Of a stretch of 64,000 nucleotides of DNA, positions 20,801-36,100 are shown piece by piece. The translations under genes were made by a program, and so were the position numbers. Under the pieces are notes generated by a model. It did no database searches. It saw nothing but the letters and a program-made list of their open reading frames with translations, and was not told the DNA's origin. This DNA is from Eledone cirrhosa. Its lineage: Eukaryota. The stretch spans positions 87,606,001 to 87,670,000 of the forward strand of contig OZ024745.1 in assembly GCA_964016885.1 (NCBI GenBank), written 5' to 3'. The first letter of the stretch is position 1. Each line of letters opens with the position of its first letter.

Positions 20801-23800
20801 GGTTTGTCTGTGTGTTTACATACAGAATAGCTGGGTTACTCACAGTAAAGTAATCAGTGAAAGACTTGTTACATCTACATATGTATACGTGTGTGTATTC
20901 ATATGCATACTAGTATTTCAGTATGCATATGTAGATGTACATTTTTAACTTAATTGTTTAAGCGTCAGTCATACAAAAGTGAGTTACAAACGAAACGAAA
21001 TTTAATTTCGTTTCGTTATTTGTTTTTATCTATCGTCTCCGCTGAACCGGTGCGTACTCACACTCTATGCAAATTAGTCTGCCCACTACTAATTTTCATA
21101 GAAAAAGCATATAACGATATGTGCTTTTACGATTCTCCAGAAAGGCCGGTAGATAGGTAAATATTGCTGATGAGTTGTAACAACAACGAAACTAGTTCAA
21201 TATTCCTTGTCTGGCTTTCTGGAGAATAGAGGAAATGTGTTTCCTCGAAAACCAGTATGACTCTAAAAACCGGTTTCTCTGTGTGTTTACATACAGAATA
21301 GCTGGGTTACTCACAGTAAAGTAATCAGTGAAAGACTTGTTACATCTACATATGTATACGTGTGTGTATTCATATGCATACTAGTATTTCAGTATGCATA
21401 TGTAGATGTACATTTTTAACTTAATTGCTTAAGCGTCAGTCATACAAAAGTGAGTTACAAACGAAACGAAATTTAATTTCGTTTCGTTATTTGTTTTTAT
21501 CGTCTCCGCTGAACCGGTGCGTACTCACACTCTATGCAAATTAGTCTGCCCACTACTAATTTTCATAGAAAAAGCATATAACGATATGTGCTTTTACGAT
21601 TCTCCAGAAAGGCCGGTAGATAGGTAAATATTGCTGATGAGTTGTAACAACAACGAAACTAGTTCAATATTCCTTGTCTGGCTTTCTGGAGAATAGAGGA
21701 AAGGTGTTTCCTCGAAAACCAGTATGACTCTAAAAACCGGTTTGTCTGTGTGTTTACATACAGAATAGCTGGGTTACTCACAGTAAAGTAACCAGTGAAA
21801 GACTTGTTACATCTACATATGTATACGTGTGTGTATTCATATGCATACTGGTATTTCAGTATGCATATGTAGATGTACATTTTTAACTTAATTGTTTAAG
21901 CGTCAGTCATACAAAAGTTAGTTACAAACGAAACGAAATTTAATTTCGTTTCGTTATTTGTTTTTATCGTCTCCGCTGAACCGGTGCGTACTCACACTCT
22001 ATGCAAATTAGTCTGCCCACTACTAATTTTCATAGAAAAAGCATATAACGATATGTGCTTTTACGATTCTCCAGAAAGGCCGGTAGATAGGTAAATATTG
22101 CTGATGAGTTGTAACAACAACGAAACTAGTTCAATATTCCTTGTCTGGCTTTCTGGAGAATAGAGGAAAGGTGTTTCCTCGAAAACCAGTATGACTCTAA
22201 AAACCGGTTTGTCTGTGTGTTTACATACAGAATAGCTGGGTTACTCACAGTAAAGTAATCAGTGAAAGACTTGTTACATCTACATATGTATACGTGTGTG
22301 TATTCATATGCATACTAGTATTTCAGTATGCATATGTAGATGTACATTTTTAACTTAATTGTTTAAGCGTCAGTCATACAAAAGTGAGTTACAAACGAAA
22401 CGAAATTTAATTTCGTTTCGTTATTTGTTTTTATCGTCTCCGCTGAACCGGTGCGTACTCACACTCTATGCAAATTAGTCTGCCCACTACTAATTTTCAT
22501 AGAAAAAGCATATAACGATATGTGCTTTTACGATTCTCCAGAAAGGCCGGTAGATAGGTAAATATTGCTGATGAGTTGTAACAACAACGAAACTAGTTCA
22601 ATATTCCTTGTCTGGCTTTCTGGAGAATAGAGGAAAGGTGTTTCCTCGAAAACCAGTATGACTCTAAAAACCGGTTTGTCTGTGTGTTTACATACAGAAT
22701 AGCTGGGTTACTCACAGTAAAGTAATCAGTGAAAAACTTGTTACATCTACATATGTATACGTGTGTGTATTCATATGCATACTAGTATTTCAGTATGCAT
22801 ATGTAGATGTACATTTTTAACTTAATTGTTTAAGCGTCAGTCATACAAAAGTGAGTTACAAACGAAACGAAATTTAATTTCGTTTCGTTATTTGTTTTTA
22901 TCGTCTCCGCTGAACCGGTGCGTACTCACACTCTATGCAAATTAGTCTGCCCACTACTAATTTTCATAGAAAAGGCATATAACGATATGTGCTTTTACGA
23001 TTCTCCAGAAAGGCCGGTAGATAGGTAAATATTGCTGATGAGTTGTAACAACAACGAAACTAGTTCAATATTCCTTGTCTGGCTTTCTGGAGAATAGAGG
23101 AAAGGTGTTTCCTCGAAAACCAGTATGACTCTAAAAACCGGTTTGTCTGTGTGTTTACATACAGAATAGCTGGGTTACTCACAGTAAAGTAATCAGTGAA
23201 AGACTTGTTACATCTACATATGTATACGTGTGTGTATTCATATGCATACTAGTATTTTAGTATGCATATGTAGATGTACATTTTTAACTTAATTGTTTAA
23301 GCGTCAGTCATACAAAAGTGAGTTACAAACGAAACGAAATTTAATTTCGTTTCGTTATTTGTTTTTATCGTCTCCGCTGAACCGGTGCGTACTCACACTC
23401 TATGCAAATTAGTCTGCCCACTACTAATTTTCATAGAAAAAGCATATAACGATATGTGCTTTTACGATTCTCCAGAAAGGCCGGTAGATAGGTAAATATT
23501 GCTGATGAGTTGTAACAACAACGAAACTAGTTCAATATTCCTTGTCTGGCTTTCTGGAGAATAGAGGAAAGGTGTTTCCTCGAAAACCAGTATGACTCTA
23601 AAAACCGGTTTGTCTGTGTGTTTACATACAGAATAGCTGGGTTACTCACAGTAAAGTAATCAGTGAAAGACTTGTTACATCTACATATGTATACGTGTGT
23701 GTATTCATATGCATACTAGTATTTCAGTATGCATATGTAGATGTACATTTTTAACTTAATTGTTTAAGCGTCAGTCATACAAAAGTGAGTTACAAACGAA

Positions 23801-24129
23801 ACGAAATTTAATTTCGTTTCGTTATTTGTTTTTATCGTCTCCGCTGAACCGGTGCGTACTCACACTCTATGCAAATTAGTCTGCCCACTACTAATTTTCA
23901 TAGAAAAAGCATATAACGATATGTGCTTTTACGATTCTCCAGAAAGGCCGGTAGATAGGTAAATATTGCTGATGAGTTGTAACAACAACGAAACTAGTTC
24001 AATATTCCTTGTCTGGCTTTCTGGAGAATAGAGGAAAGGTGTTTCCTCGAAAACCAGTATGACTCTAAAAACCGGTTTGTCTGTGTGTTTACATACAGAA
24101 TAGCTGGGTTACTCACAGTAAAGTAATCA

Positions 24130-27100
24130 GTGAAAAACTTGTTACATCTACATATGTATACGTGTGTGTATTCATATGCATACTAGTATTTCAGTATGCA
24201 TATGTAGATGTACATTTTTAACTTAATTGTTTAAGCGTCAGTCATACAAAAGTGAGTTACAAACGAAACGAAATTTAATTTCGTTTCGTTATTTGTTTTT
24301 ATCGTCTCCGCTGAACCGGTGCGTACTCACACTCTATGCAAATTAGTCTGCCCACTACTAATTTTCATAGAAAAGGCATATAACGATATGTGCTTTTACG
24401 ATTCTCCAGAAAGGCCGGTAGATAGGTAAATATTGCTGATGAGTTGTAACAACAACGAAACTAGTTCAATATTCCTTGTCTGGCTTTCTGGAGAATAGAG
24501 GAAAGGTGTTTCCTCGAAAACCAGTATGACTCTAAAAACCGGTTTGTCTGTGTGTTTACATACAGAATAGCTGGGTTACTCACAGTAAAGTAATCAGTGA
24601 AAGACTTGTTACATCTACATATGTATACGTGTGTGTATTCATATGCATACTAGTATTTTAGTATGCATATGTAGATGTACATTTTTAACTTAATTGTTTA
24701 AGCGTCAGTCATACAAAAGTGAGTTACAAACGAAACGAAATTTAATTTCGTTTCGTTATTTGTTTTTATCGTCTCCGCTGAACCGGTGCGTACTCACACT
24801 CTATGCAAATTAGTCTGCCCACTACTAATTTTCATAGAAAAAGCATATAACGATATGTGCTTTTACGATTCTCCAGAAAGGCCGGTAGATAGGTAAATAT
24901 TGCTGATGAGTTGTAACAACAACGAAACTAGTTCAATATTCCTTGTCTGGCTTTCTGTAGAATAGAGGAAAGGTGTTTCCTCGAAAACCAGTATGACTCT
25001 AAAAACCGGTTTGTCTGTGTGTTTACATACAGAATAGCTGGGTTACTCACAGTAAAGTAATCAGTGAAAGACTTGTTACATCTACATATGTATACGTGTG
25101 TGTATTCATATGCATACTAGTATTTCAGTATGCATATGTAGATGTACATTTTTAACTTAATTGTTTAAGCGTCAGTCATACAAAAGTGAGTTACAAACGA
25201 AACGAAATTTAATTTCGTTTCGTTATTTGTTTTTATCGTCTCCGCTGAACCGGTGCGTACTCACACTCTATGCAAATTAGTCTGCCCACTACTAATTTTC
25301 ATAGAAAAAGCATATAACGATATGTGCTTTTACGATTCTCCAGAAAGGCCTGTAGATAGGTAAATATTGCTGATGAGTTGTAACAACAACGAAACTAGTT
25401 CAATATTCCTTGTCTGGCTTTCTGGAGAATAGAGGAAAGGTGTTTCCTCGAAAACCAGTATGACTCTAAAAACCGGTTTGTCTGTGTGTTTACATACAGA
25501 ATAGCTGGGTTACTCACAGTAAAGTAACCAGTGAAAGACTTGTTACATCTACATATGTATACGTGTGTGTATTCATATGCATACTGGTATTTCAGTCTGC
25601 ATATGTAGATGTACATTTTTAACTTAATTGTTTAAGCGTCAGTCATACAAAAGTGAGTTACAAACGAAACGAAATTTAATTTCGTTTCGTTATTTGTTTT
25701 TATCGTCTCCGCTGAACCGGTGCGTACTCACACTCTATGCAAATTAGTCTGCCCACTACTAATTTTCATAGAAAAAGCATATAACGATATGTGCTTTTAC
25801 GATTCTCCAGAAAGGCCGGTAGATAGGTAAATATTGCTGATGAGTTGTAACAACAACGAAACTAGTTCAATATTCCTTGTCTGGCTTTCTGGAGAATAGA
25901 GGAAAGGTGTTTCCTCGAAAACCAGTATGACTCTAAAAACCGGTTTGTCTGTGTGTTTACATACAGAATAGCTGGGTTACTCACAGTAAAGTAATCAGTG
26001 AAAGACTTGTTACATCTACATATGTATACGTGTGTGTATTCATATGCATACTAGTATTTCAGTATGCATATGTAGATGTACATTTTTAACTTAATTGTTT
26101 AAGCGTCAGTCATACAAAAGTGAGTTACAAACGAAACGAAATTTAATTTCGTTTCGTTATTTGTTTTAATCGTCTCCGCTGAACCGGTGCGTACTCACAC
26201 TCTATGCAAATTAGTCTGCCCACTACTAATTTTCATAGAAAAAGCATATAACGATATGTGCTTTTACGATTCTCCAGAAAGGCCGGTAGATAGGTAAATA
26301 TTGCTGATGAGTTGTAACAACAACGAAACTAGTTCAATATTCCTTGTCTGGCTTTCTGGAGAATAGAGGAAAGGTGTTTCCTCGAAAACCAGTATGACTC
26401 TAAAAACCGGTTTGTCTGTGTGTTTACATACAGAATAGCTGGGTTACTCACAGTAAAGTAACCAGTGAAAGACTTGTTACATCTACATATGTATACGTGT
26501 GTGTATTCATATGCATACTAGTATTTCAGTATGCATATGTAGATGTACATTTTTAACTTAATTGTTTAAGCGTCAGTCATACAAAAGTGAGTTACAAACG
26601 AAACGAAATTTAATTTCGTTTCGTTATTTGTTTTTATCGTCTCCGCTGAACCGGTGCGTACTCACACTCTATGCAAATTAGTCTGCCCACTACTAATTTT
26701 CATAGAAAAAGCATATAACGATATGTGCTTTTACGATTCTCCAGAAAGGCCTGTAGATAGGTAAATATTGCTGATGAGTTGTAACAACAACGAAACTAGT
26801 TCAATATTCCTTGTCTGGCTTTCTGGAGAATAGAGGAAAGGTGTTTCCTCGAAAACCAGTATGACTCTAAAAACCGGTTTCTCTGTGTGTTTACATACAG
26901 AATAGCTGGGTTACTCACAGTAAAGTAATCAGTGAAAGACTTGTTACATCTACATATGTATACGTGTGTGTATTCATATGCATACTAGTATTTCAGTATG
27001 CATATGTAGATGTACATTTTTAACTTAATTGTTTAAGCGTCAGTCATACAAAAGTGAGTTACAAACGAAACGAAATTTAATTTCGTTTCGTTATTTGTTT

Positions 27101-30100
27101 TTATCGTCTCCGCTGAACCGGTGCGTACTCACACTCTATGCAAATTAGTCTGCCCACTACTAATTTTCATAGAAAAAGCATATAACGATATGTGCTTTTA
27201 CGATTCTCCAGAAAGGCCGGTAGATAGGTAAATATTGCTGATGAGTTGTAACAACAACGAAACTAGTTCAATATTCCTTGTCTGGCTTTCTGGAGAATAG
27301 AGGAAAGGTGTTTCCTCGAAAACCAGTATGACTCTAAAAACCGGTTTGTCTGTGTGTTTACATACAGAATAGCTGGGTTACTCACAGTAAAGTAACCAGT
27401 GAAAGACTTGTTACATCTACATATGTATACGTGTGTGTATTCATATGCATACTGGTATTTCAGTATGCATATGTAGATATACATTTTTAACTTAATTGTT
27501 TAAGCGTCAGTCATACAAAAGTGAGTTACAAACAAAACGAAATTTAATTTCGTTTCGTTATTTGTTTTTATCGTCTCCGCTGAACCGGTGCGTACTCACA
27601 CTCTATGCAAATTAGTCTGCCCACTACTAATTTTCATAGAAAAAGCATATAACGATATGTGCTTTTACGATTCTCCAGAAAGGCCGGTAGATAGGTAAAT
27701 ATTGCTGATGAGTTGTAACAACAACGAAACTAGTTCAATATTCCTTGTCTGGCTTTCTGGAGAATAGAGGAAAGGTGTTTCCTCGAAAACCAGTATGACT
27801 CTAAAAACCGGTGTGTCTGTGTGTTTACATACAGAATAGCTGGGTTACTCACAGTAAAGTAATCAGTGAAAGACTTGTTACATTTACATATGTATACGTG
27901 TGTGTATTCATATGCATACTAGTATTTCAGTATGCATATGTAGATGTACATTTTTAACTTAATTGTTTAAGCGTCAGTCATACAAAAGTGAGTTACAAAC
28001 GAAACGAAATTTAATTTCGTTTCGTTATTTGTTTTTATCGTCTCCGCTGAACCGGTGCGTACTCACACTCTATGCAAATTAGTCTGCCCACTACTAATTT
28101 TCATAGAAAAAGCATATAACGATATGTGCTTTTACGATTCTCCAGAAAGGCCGGTAGATAGGTAAATATTGCTGATGAGTTGTAACAACAACGAAACTAG
28201 TTCAATATTCCTTGTCTGGCTTTCTGGAGAATAGAGGAAAGGTGTTTCCTCGAAAACCAGTATGACTCTAAAAACCGGTTTCTCTGTGTGTTTACATACA
28301 GAATAGCTGGGTTACTCACAGTAAAGTAATCAGTGAAAGACTTGTTACATCTACATATGTATACGTGTGTGTATTCATATGCATACTAGTATTTCAGTAT
28401 GCATATGTAGATGTACATTTTTAACTTAATTGTTTAAGCGTCAGTCATACAAAAGTGAGTTACAAACGAAACGAAATTTAATTTCGTTTCGTTATTTGTT
28501 TTTATCGTCTCCGCTGAACCGGTGCGTACTCACACTCTATGCAAATTAGTCTGCCCACTACTAATTTTCATAGAAAAAGCATATAACGATATGTGCTTTT
28601 ACGATTCTCCAGAAAGGCCGGTAGATAGGTAAATATTGCTGATGAGTTGTAACAACAACGAAACTAGTTCAATATTCCTTGTCTGGCTTTCTGGAGAATA
28701 GAGGAAAGGTGTTTCCTCGAAAACCAGTATGACTCTAAAAACCGGTTTGTCTGTGTGTTTACATACAGAATAGCTGGGTTACTCACAGTAAAGTAACCAG
28801 TGAAAGACTTGTTACATCTACATATGTATACGTGTGTGTATTCATATGCATACTGGTATTTCAGTATGCATATGTAGATGTACATTTTTAACTTAATTGT
28901 TTAAGCGTCAGTCATACAAAAGTGAGTTACAAACAAAACGAAATTTAATTTCGTTTCGTTATTTGTTTTTATCGTCTCCGCTGAACCGGTGCGTACTCAC
29001 ACTCTATGCAAATTAGTCTGCCCACTACTAATTTTCATAGAAAAAGCATATAACGATATGTGCTTTTACGATTCTCCAGAAAGGCCGGTAGATAGGTAAA
29101 TATTGCTGATGAGTTGTAACAACAACGAAACTAGTTCAATATTCCTTGTCTGGCTTTCTGGGGAATAGAGGAAAGGTGTTTCCTCGAAAAACAGTATGAC
29201 TCTAAAAACCGGTTTGTCTGTGTGTTTACATACAGAATAGCTGGGTTACTCACAGTAAAGTAACCAGTGAAAGACTTGTTACATCTACATATGTATACCT
29301 GTGTGTATTCATATGCATACTAGTATTTCAGTATGCATATGTAGATGTACATTTTTAACTTAATTGTTTAAGCGTCAGTCATACAAAAGTGAGTTACAAA
29401 CGAAACGAAATTTAATTTCGTTTCGTTATTTGTTTTTATCGTCTCCGCTGAACCGGTGCGTACTCACACTCTATGCAAATTAGTCTGCCCAATACTAATT
29501 TTCATAGAAAAAGCATATAACGATATGTGCTTTTACGATTCTCCAGAAAGGCCGGTAGATAGGTAAATATTGCTGATGAGTTGTAACAACAACGAAACTA
29601 GTTCAATATTCCTTGTCTGGCTTTCTGGAGAATAGAGGAAAGGTGTTTCCTCGAAAACCAGTATGACTCTAAAAACCGGTGTGTCTGTGTGTTTACATAC
29701 AGAATAGCTGGGTTACTCACAGTAAAGTAATCAGTGAAAGACTTGTTACATTTACATATGTATACGTGTGTGTATTCATATGCATACTAGTATTTCAGTA
29801 TGCATATGTAGATGTACATTTTTAACTTAATTGTTTAAGCGTCAGTCATACAAAAGTGAGTTACAAACGAAACGAAATTTAATTTCGTTTCGTTATTTGT
29901 TTTTATCGTCTCCGCTGAACCGGTGCGTACTCACACTCTATGCAAATTAGTCTGCCCACTACTAATTTTCATAGAAAAGGCATATAACGATATGTGCTTT
30001 TACGATTCTCCAGAAAGGCCGGTAGATAGGTAAATATTGCTGATGAGTTGTAACAACAACGAAACTAGTTCAATATTCCTTGTCTGGCTTTCTGGAGAAT

Positions 30101-33100
30101 AGAGGAAAGGTGTTTCCTCGAAAACCAGTATGACTCTAAAAACCGGTTTGTCTGTGTGTTTACATACAGAATAGCTGGGTTACTCACAGTAAAGTAATCA
30201 GTGAAAGACTTGTTACATCTACATATGTATACGTGTGTGTATTCATATGCATACTAGTATTTCAGTATGCATATGTAGATGTACATTTTTAACTTAATTG
30301 CTTAAGCGTCAGTCATACAAAAGTGAGTTACAAACGAAACGAAATTTAATTTCGTTTCGTTATTTGTTTTTATCGTCTCCGCTGAACCGGTGCGTACTCA
30401 CACTCTATGCAAATTAGTCTGCCCACTACTAATTTTCATAGAAAAAGCATATAACGATATGTGCTTTTACGATTCTCCAGAAAGGCCGGTAGATAGGTAA
30501 ATATTGCTGATGAGTTGTAACAACAACGAAACTAGTTCAATATTCCTTGTCTGGCTTTCTGGAGAATAGAGGAAAGGTGTTTCCTCGAAAACCAGTATGA
30601 CTCTAAAAACCGGTTTGTCTGTGTGTTTACATACAGAATAGCTGGGTTACTCACAGTAAAGTAACCAGTGAAAGACTTGTTACATCTACATATGTATAAG
30701 TGTGTGTATTCATATGCATACTAGTATTTCAGTATGCATATGTAGATGTACATTTTTAACTTAATTGTTTAAGCGTCAGTCATACAAAAGTGAGTTACAA
30801 ACGAAACGAAATTTAATTTCGTTTCGTTATTTGTTTTTATCGTCTCCGCTGAACCGGTGCGTACTCACACTCTATGCAAATTAGTCTGCCCAATACTAAT
30901 TTTCATAGAAAAAGCATATAACGATATGTGCTTTTACGATTCTCCAGAAAGGCCGGTAGATAGGTAAATATTGCTGATGAGTTGTAACAACAACGAAACT
31001 AGTTCAATATTCCTTGTCTGGCTTTCTGGAGAATAGAGGAAAGGTGTTTCCTCGAAAACCAGTATGACTCTAAAAACCGGTTTGTCTGTGTGTTTACATA
31101 CAGAATAGCTGGGTTACTCACAGTAAAGTAATCAGTGAAAGACTTGTTACATCTACATATGTATACGTGTGTGTATTCATATGCATACTAGTATTTCAGT
31201 ATGCATATGTAGATGTACATTTTTAACTTAATTGTTTAAGCGTCAGTCATACAAAAGTGAGTTACAAACGAAACGAAATTTAATTTCGTTTCGTTATTTG
31301 TTTTTATCGTCTCCGCTGAACCGGTGCGTACTCACACTCTATGCAAATTAGTCTGCCCACTACTAATTTTCATAGAAAAAGCATATAACGATATGTGCTT
31401 TTATGATTCTCCAGAAAGGCCGGTAGATAGGTAAATATTGCTGATGAGTTGTAACAACAAGGAAACTAGTTCAATATTCCTTGTCTGGCTTTCTGGTGAA
31501 TAGAGGAAAGGTGTTTCCTCGAAAACCAGTATGACTCTAAAAACCGGTTTGTCTGTGTGTTTACATACAGAATAGCTGGGTTACTCACAGTAAAGTAATC
31601 AGTGAAAGACTTGTTACATCTACATATGTATACGTGTGTGTATTCATATGCATACTAGTATTTCAGTATGCATATGTAGATGTACATTTTTAACTTAATT
31701 GTTTTCAGTCATACAAAAGTGAGTTACAAACGAAACGAAATTTAATTTCGTTTCGTTATTTGTTTTTATCTATCGTCTCCGCTGAACCGGTGCGTACTCA
31801 CACTCTATGCAAATTAGTCTGCCCACTACTAATTTTCATAGAAAAAGCATATAACGATATGTGCTTTTACGATTCTCCAGAAAGGCCGGTAGATAGGTAA
31901 ATATTGCTGATGAGTTGTAACAACAACGAAACTAGTTCAATATTCCTTGTCTGGCTTTCTGGAGAATAGAGGAAAGGTGTTTCCTCGAAAACCAGTATGA
32001 CTCTAAAAACCGGTTTGTCTGTGTGTTTACATACAGAATAGCTGGGTTACTCACAGTAAAGTAACCAGTGAAAGACTTGTTACATCTACATATGTATACG
32101 TGTGTGTATTCATATGCATACTAGTATTTCAGTATGCATATGTAGATGTAAATTTTTAACTTAATTTTTTAAGCGTCAGTCATACAAAAGTGAGTTACAA
32201 ACGAAACGAAATTTAATTTCGTTTCGTTATTTGTTTTTATCGTCTCCGCTGAACCGGTGCGTACTCACACTCTATGCAAATTAGTCTGCCCACTACTAAT
32301 TTTCATAGAAAAAGCATATAACGATATGTGCTTTTACGATTCTCCAGAAAGGCCTGTAGATAGGTAAATATTGCTGATGAGTTGTAACAACAACGAAACT
32401 AGTTCAATATTCCTTGTCTGGCTTTCTGGAGAATAGAGGAAAGGTGTTTCCTCGAAAACCAGTATGACTCTAAAAACCGGTTTCTCTGTGTGTTTACATA
32501 CAGAATAGCTGGGTTACTCACAGTAAAGTAATCAGTGAAAGACTTGTTACATCTACATATGTATACGTGTGTGTATTCATATGCATACTAGTATTTCAGT
32601 ATGCATATGTAGATGTACATTTTTAACTTAATTGTTTAAGCGTCAGTCATACAAAAGTGAGTTACAAACGAAACGAAATTTAATTTCGTTTCGTTATTTG
32701 TTTTTATCGTCTCCGCTGAACCGGTGCGTACTCACACTCTATGCAAATTAGTCTGCCCACTACTAATTTTCATAGAAAAAGCATATAACGATATGTGCTT
32801 TTATGATTCTCCAGAAAGGCAGGTAGATAGGTAAATATTGCTGATGAGTTGTAACAACAACGAAACTAGTTCAATATTCCTTGTCTGGCTTTCTGGAGAA
32901 TAGAGGAAAGGTGTTTCCTCGAAAACCAGTATGACTCTAAAAACCGGTTTGTCTGTGTGTTTACATACAGAATAGCTGGGTTACTCACAGTAAAGTAATC
33001 AGTGAAAGACTTGTTACATCTACATATGTATACGTGTGTGTATTCATATGCATACTAGTATTTCAGTATGCATACGTAGATGTACATTTTTAACTTAATT

Positions 33101-36100
33101 GTTTAAGCGTCAGTCATACAAAAGTGAGTTACAAACGAAACGAAATTTAATTTCGTTTCGTTATTTGTTTTTATCTATCGTCTCCGCTGAACCGGTGCGT
33201 ACTCACACTCTATGCAAATTAGTCTGCCCACTACAAATTTTCATAGAAAAAGCATATAACGATATGTGCTTTTACGATTCTCCAGAAAGGCCGGTAGATA
33301 GGTAAATATTGCTGATGAGTTGTAACAACAACGAAACTAGTTCAATATTCCTTGTCTGGCTTTCTGGAGAATAGAGGAAATGTGTTTCCTCGAAAACCAG
33401 TATGACTCTAAAAACCGGTTTCTCTGTGTGTTTACATACAGAATAGCTGGGTTACTCACAGTAAAGTAATCAGTGAAAGACTTGTTACATCTACATATGT
33501 ATACGTGTGTGTATTCATATGCATACTAGTATTTCAGTATGCATATGTAGATGTACATTTTTAACTTAATTGCTTAAGCGTCAGTCATACAAAAGTGAGT
33601 TACAAACAAAACGAAATTTAATTTCGTTTCGTTATTTGTTTTTATCGTCTCCGCTGAACCGGTGCGTACTCACACTCTATGCAAATTAGTCTGCCCACTA
33701 AAAATTTTCATAGAAAAAGCATATAACGATATGTGCTTTTACGATTCTCCAGAAAGGCCGGTAGATAGGTAAATATTGCTGATGAGTTGTAACAACAACG
33801 AAACTAGTTCAATATTCCTTGTCTGGCTTTCTGGGGAATAGAGGAAAGGTGTTTCCTCGAAAACCAGTATGACTCTAAAAACCGGTTTGTCTGTGTGTTT
33901 ACATACAGAATAGCTGGGTTACTCACAGTAAAGTAACCAGTGAAAGACTTGTTACATCTACATATGTATACGTGTGTGTATTCATATGCATACTAGTATT
34001 TCAGTATGCATATGTAGATGTACATTTTTAACTTAATTGTTTAAGCGTCAGTCATACAAAAGTGAGTTACAAACGAAACGAAATTTAATTTCGTTTCGTT
34101 ATTTGTTTTTATCGTCTCCGCTGAACCGGTGCGTACTCACTCTCTATGCAAATTAGTCTGCCCAATACTAATTTTCATAGAAAAAGCATATAACGATATG
34201 TGCTTTTACGATTCTCCAGAAAGGCCGGTAGATAGGTAAATATTGCTGATGAGTTGTAACAACAACGAAACTAGTTCAATATTCCTTGTCTGGCTTTCTG
34301 GAGAATAGAGGAAAGGTGTTTCCTCGAAAACCAGTATGACTCTAAAAACCGGTTTGTCTGTGTGTTTACATACAGAATAGCTGGGTTACTCACAGTAAAG
34401 TAATCAGTGAAAGACTTGTTACATCTACATATGTATACGTGTGTGTATTCATATGCATACTAGTATTTCAGTATGCATATGTAGATGTACATTTTTAACT
34501 TAATTGCTTAAGCGTCAGTCATACAAAAGTGAGTTACAAACGAAACGAAATTTAATTTCGTTTCGTTATTTGTTTTTATCGTCTCCGCTGAACCGGTGCG
34601 TACTCACACTCTATGCAAATTAGTCTGCCCACTACTAATTTTCATAGAAAAAGCATATAACGATATGTGCTTTTACGATTCTCCAGAAAGGCCGGTAGAT
34701 AGGTAAATATTGCTGATGAGTTGTAACAACAACGAAACTAGTTCAATATTCCTTGTCTGGCTTTCTGGAGAATAGAGGAAAGGTGTTTCCTCGAAAACCA
34801 GTATGACTCTAAAAACCGGTTTGTCTGTGTGTTTACATACAGAATAGCTGGGTTACTCACAGTAAAGTAACCAGTGAAAGACTTGTTACATCTACATATG
34901 TATAAGTGTGTGTATTCATATGCATACTAGTATTTCAGTATGCATATGTAGATGTACATTTTTAACTTAATTGTTTAAGCGTCAGTCATACAAAAGTGAG
35001 TTACAAACGAAACGAAATTTAATTTCGTTTCGTTATTTGTTTTTATCGTCTCCGCTGAACCGGTGCGTACTCACACTCTATGCAAATTAGTCTGCCCAAT
35101 ACTAATTTTCATAGAAAAAGCATATAACGATATGTGCTTTTACGATTCTCCAGAAAGGCCGGTAGATAGGTAAATATTGCTGATGAGTTGTAACAACAAC
35201 GAAACTAGTTCAATATTCCTTGTCTGGCTTTCTGGAGAATAGAGGAAAGGTGTTTCCTCGAAAACCAGTATGACTCTAAAAACCGGTTTGTCTGTGTGTT
35301 TACATACAGAATAGCTGGGTTACTCACAGTAAAGTAATCAGTGAAAGACTTGTTACATCTACATATGTATACGTGTGTGTATTCATATGCATACTAGTAT
35401 TTCAGTATGCATATGTAGATGTACATTTTTAACTTAATTGTTTAAGCGTCAGTCATACAAAAGTGAGTTACAAACGAAACGAAATTTAATTTCGTTTCGT
35501 TATTTGTTTTTATCGTCTCCGCTGAACCGGTGCGTACTCACACTCTATGCAAATTAGTCTGCCCACTACTAATTTTCATAGAAAAAGCATATAACGATAT
35601 GTGCTTTTATGATTCTCCAGAAAGGCCGGTAGATAGGTAAATATTGCTGATGAGTTGTAACAACAACGAAACTAGTTCAATATTCCTTGTCTGGCTTTCT
35701 GGTGAATAGAGGAAAGGTGTTTCCTCGAAAACCAGTATGACTCTAAAAACCGGTTTGTCTGTGTGTTTACATACAGAATAGCTGGGTTACTCACAGTAAA
35801 GTAATCAGTGAAAAACTTGTTACATCTACATATGTATACGTGTGTGTATTCATATGCATACTAGTATTTCAGTATGCATATGTAGATGTACATTTTTAAC
35901 TTAATTGTTTAAGCGTCAGTCATACAAAAGTGAGTTACAAACGAAACGAAATTTAATTTCGTTTCGTTATTTGTTTTTATCGTCTCCGCTGAACCGGTGC
36001 GTACTCACACTCTATGCAAATTAGTCTGCCCACTACTAATTTTCATAGAAAAGGCATATAACGATATGTGCTTTTACGATTCTCCAGAAAGGCCGGTAGA

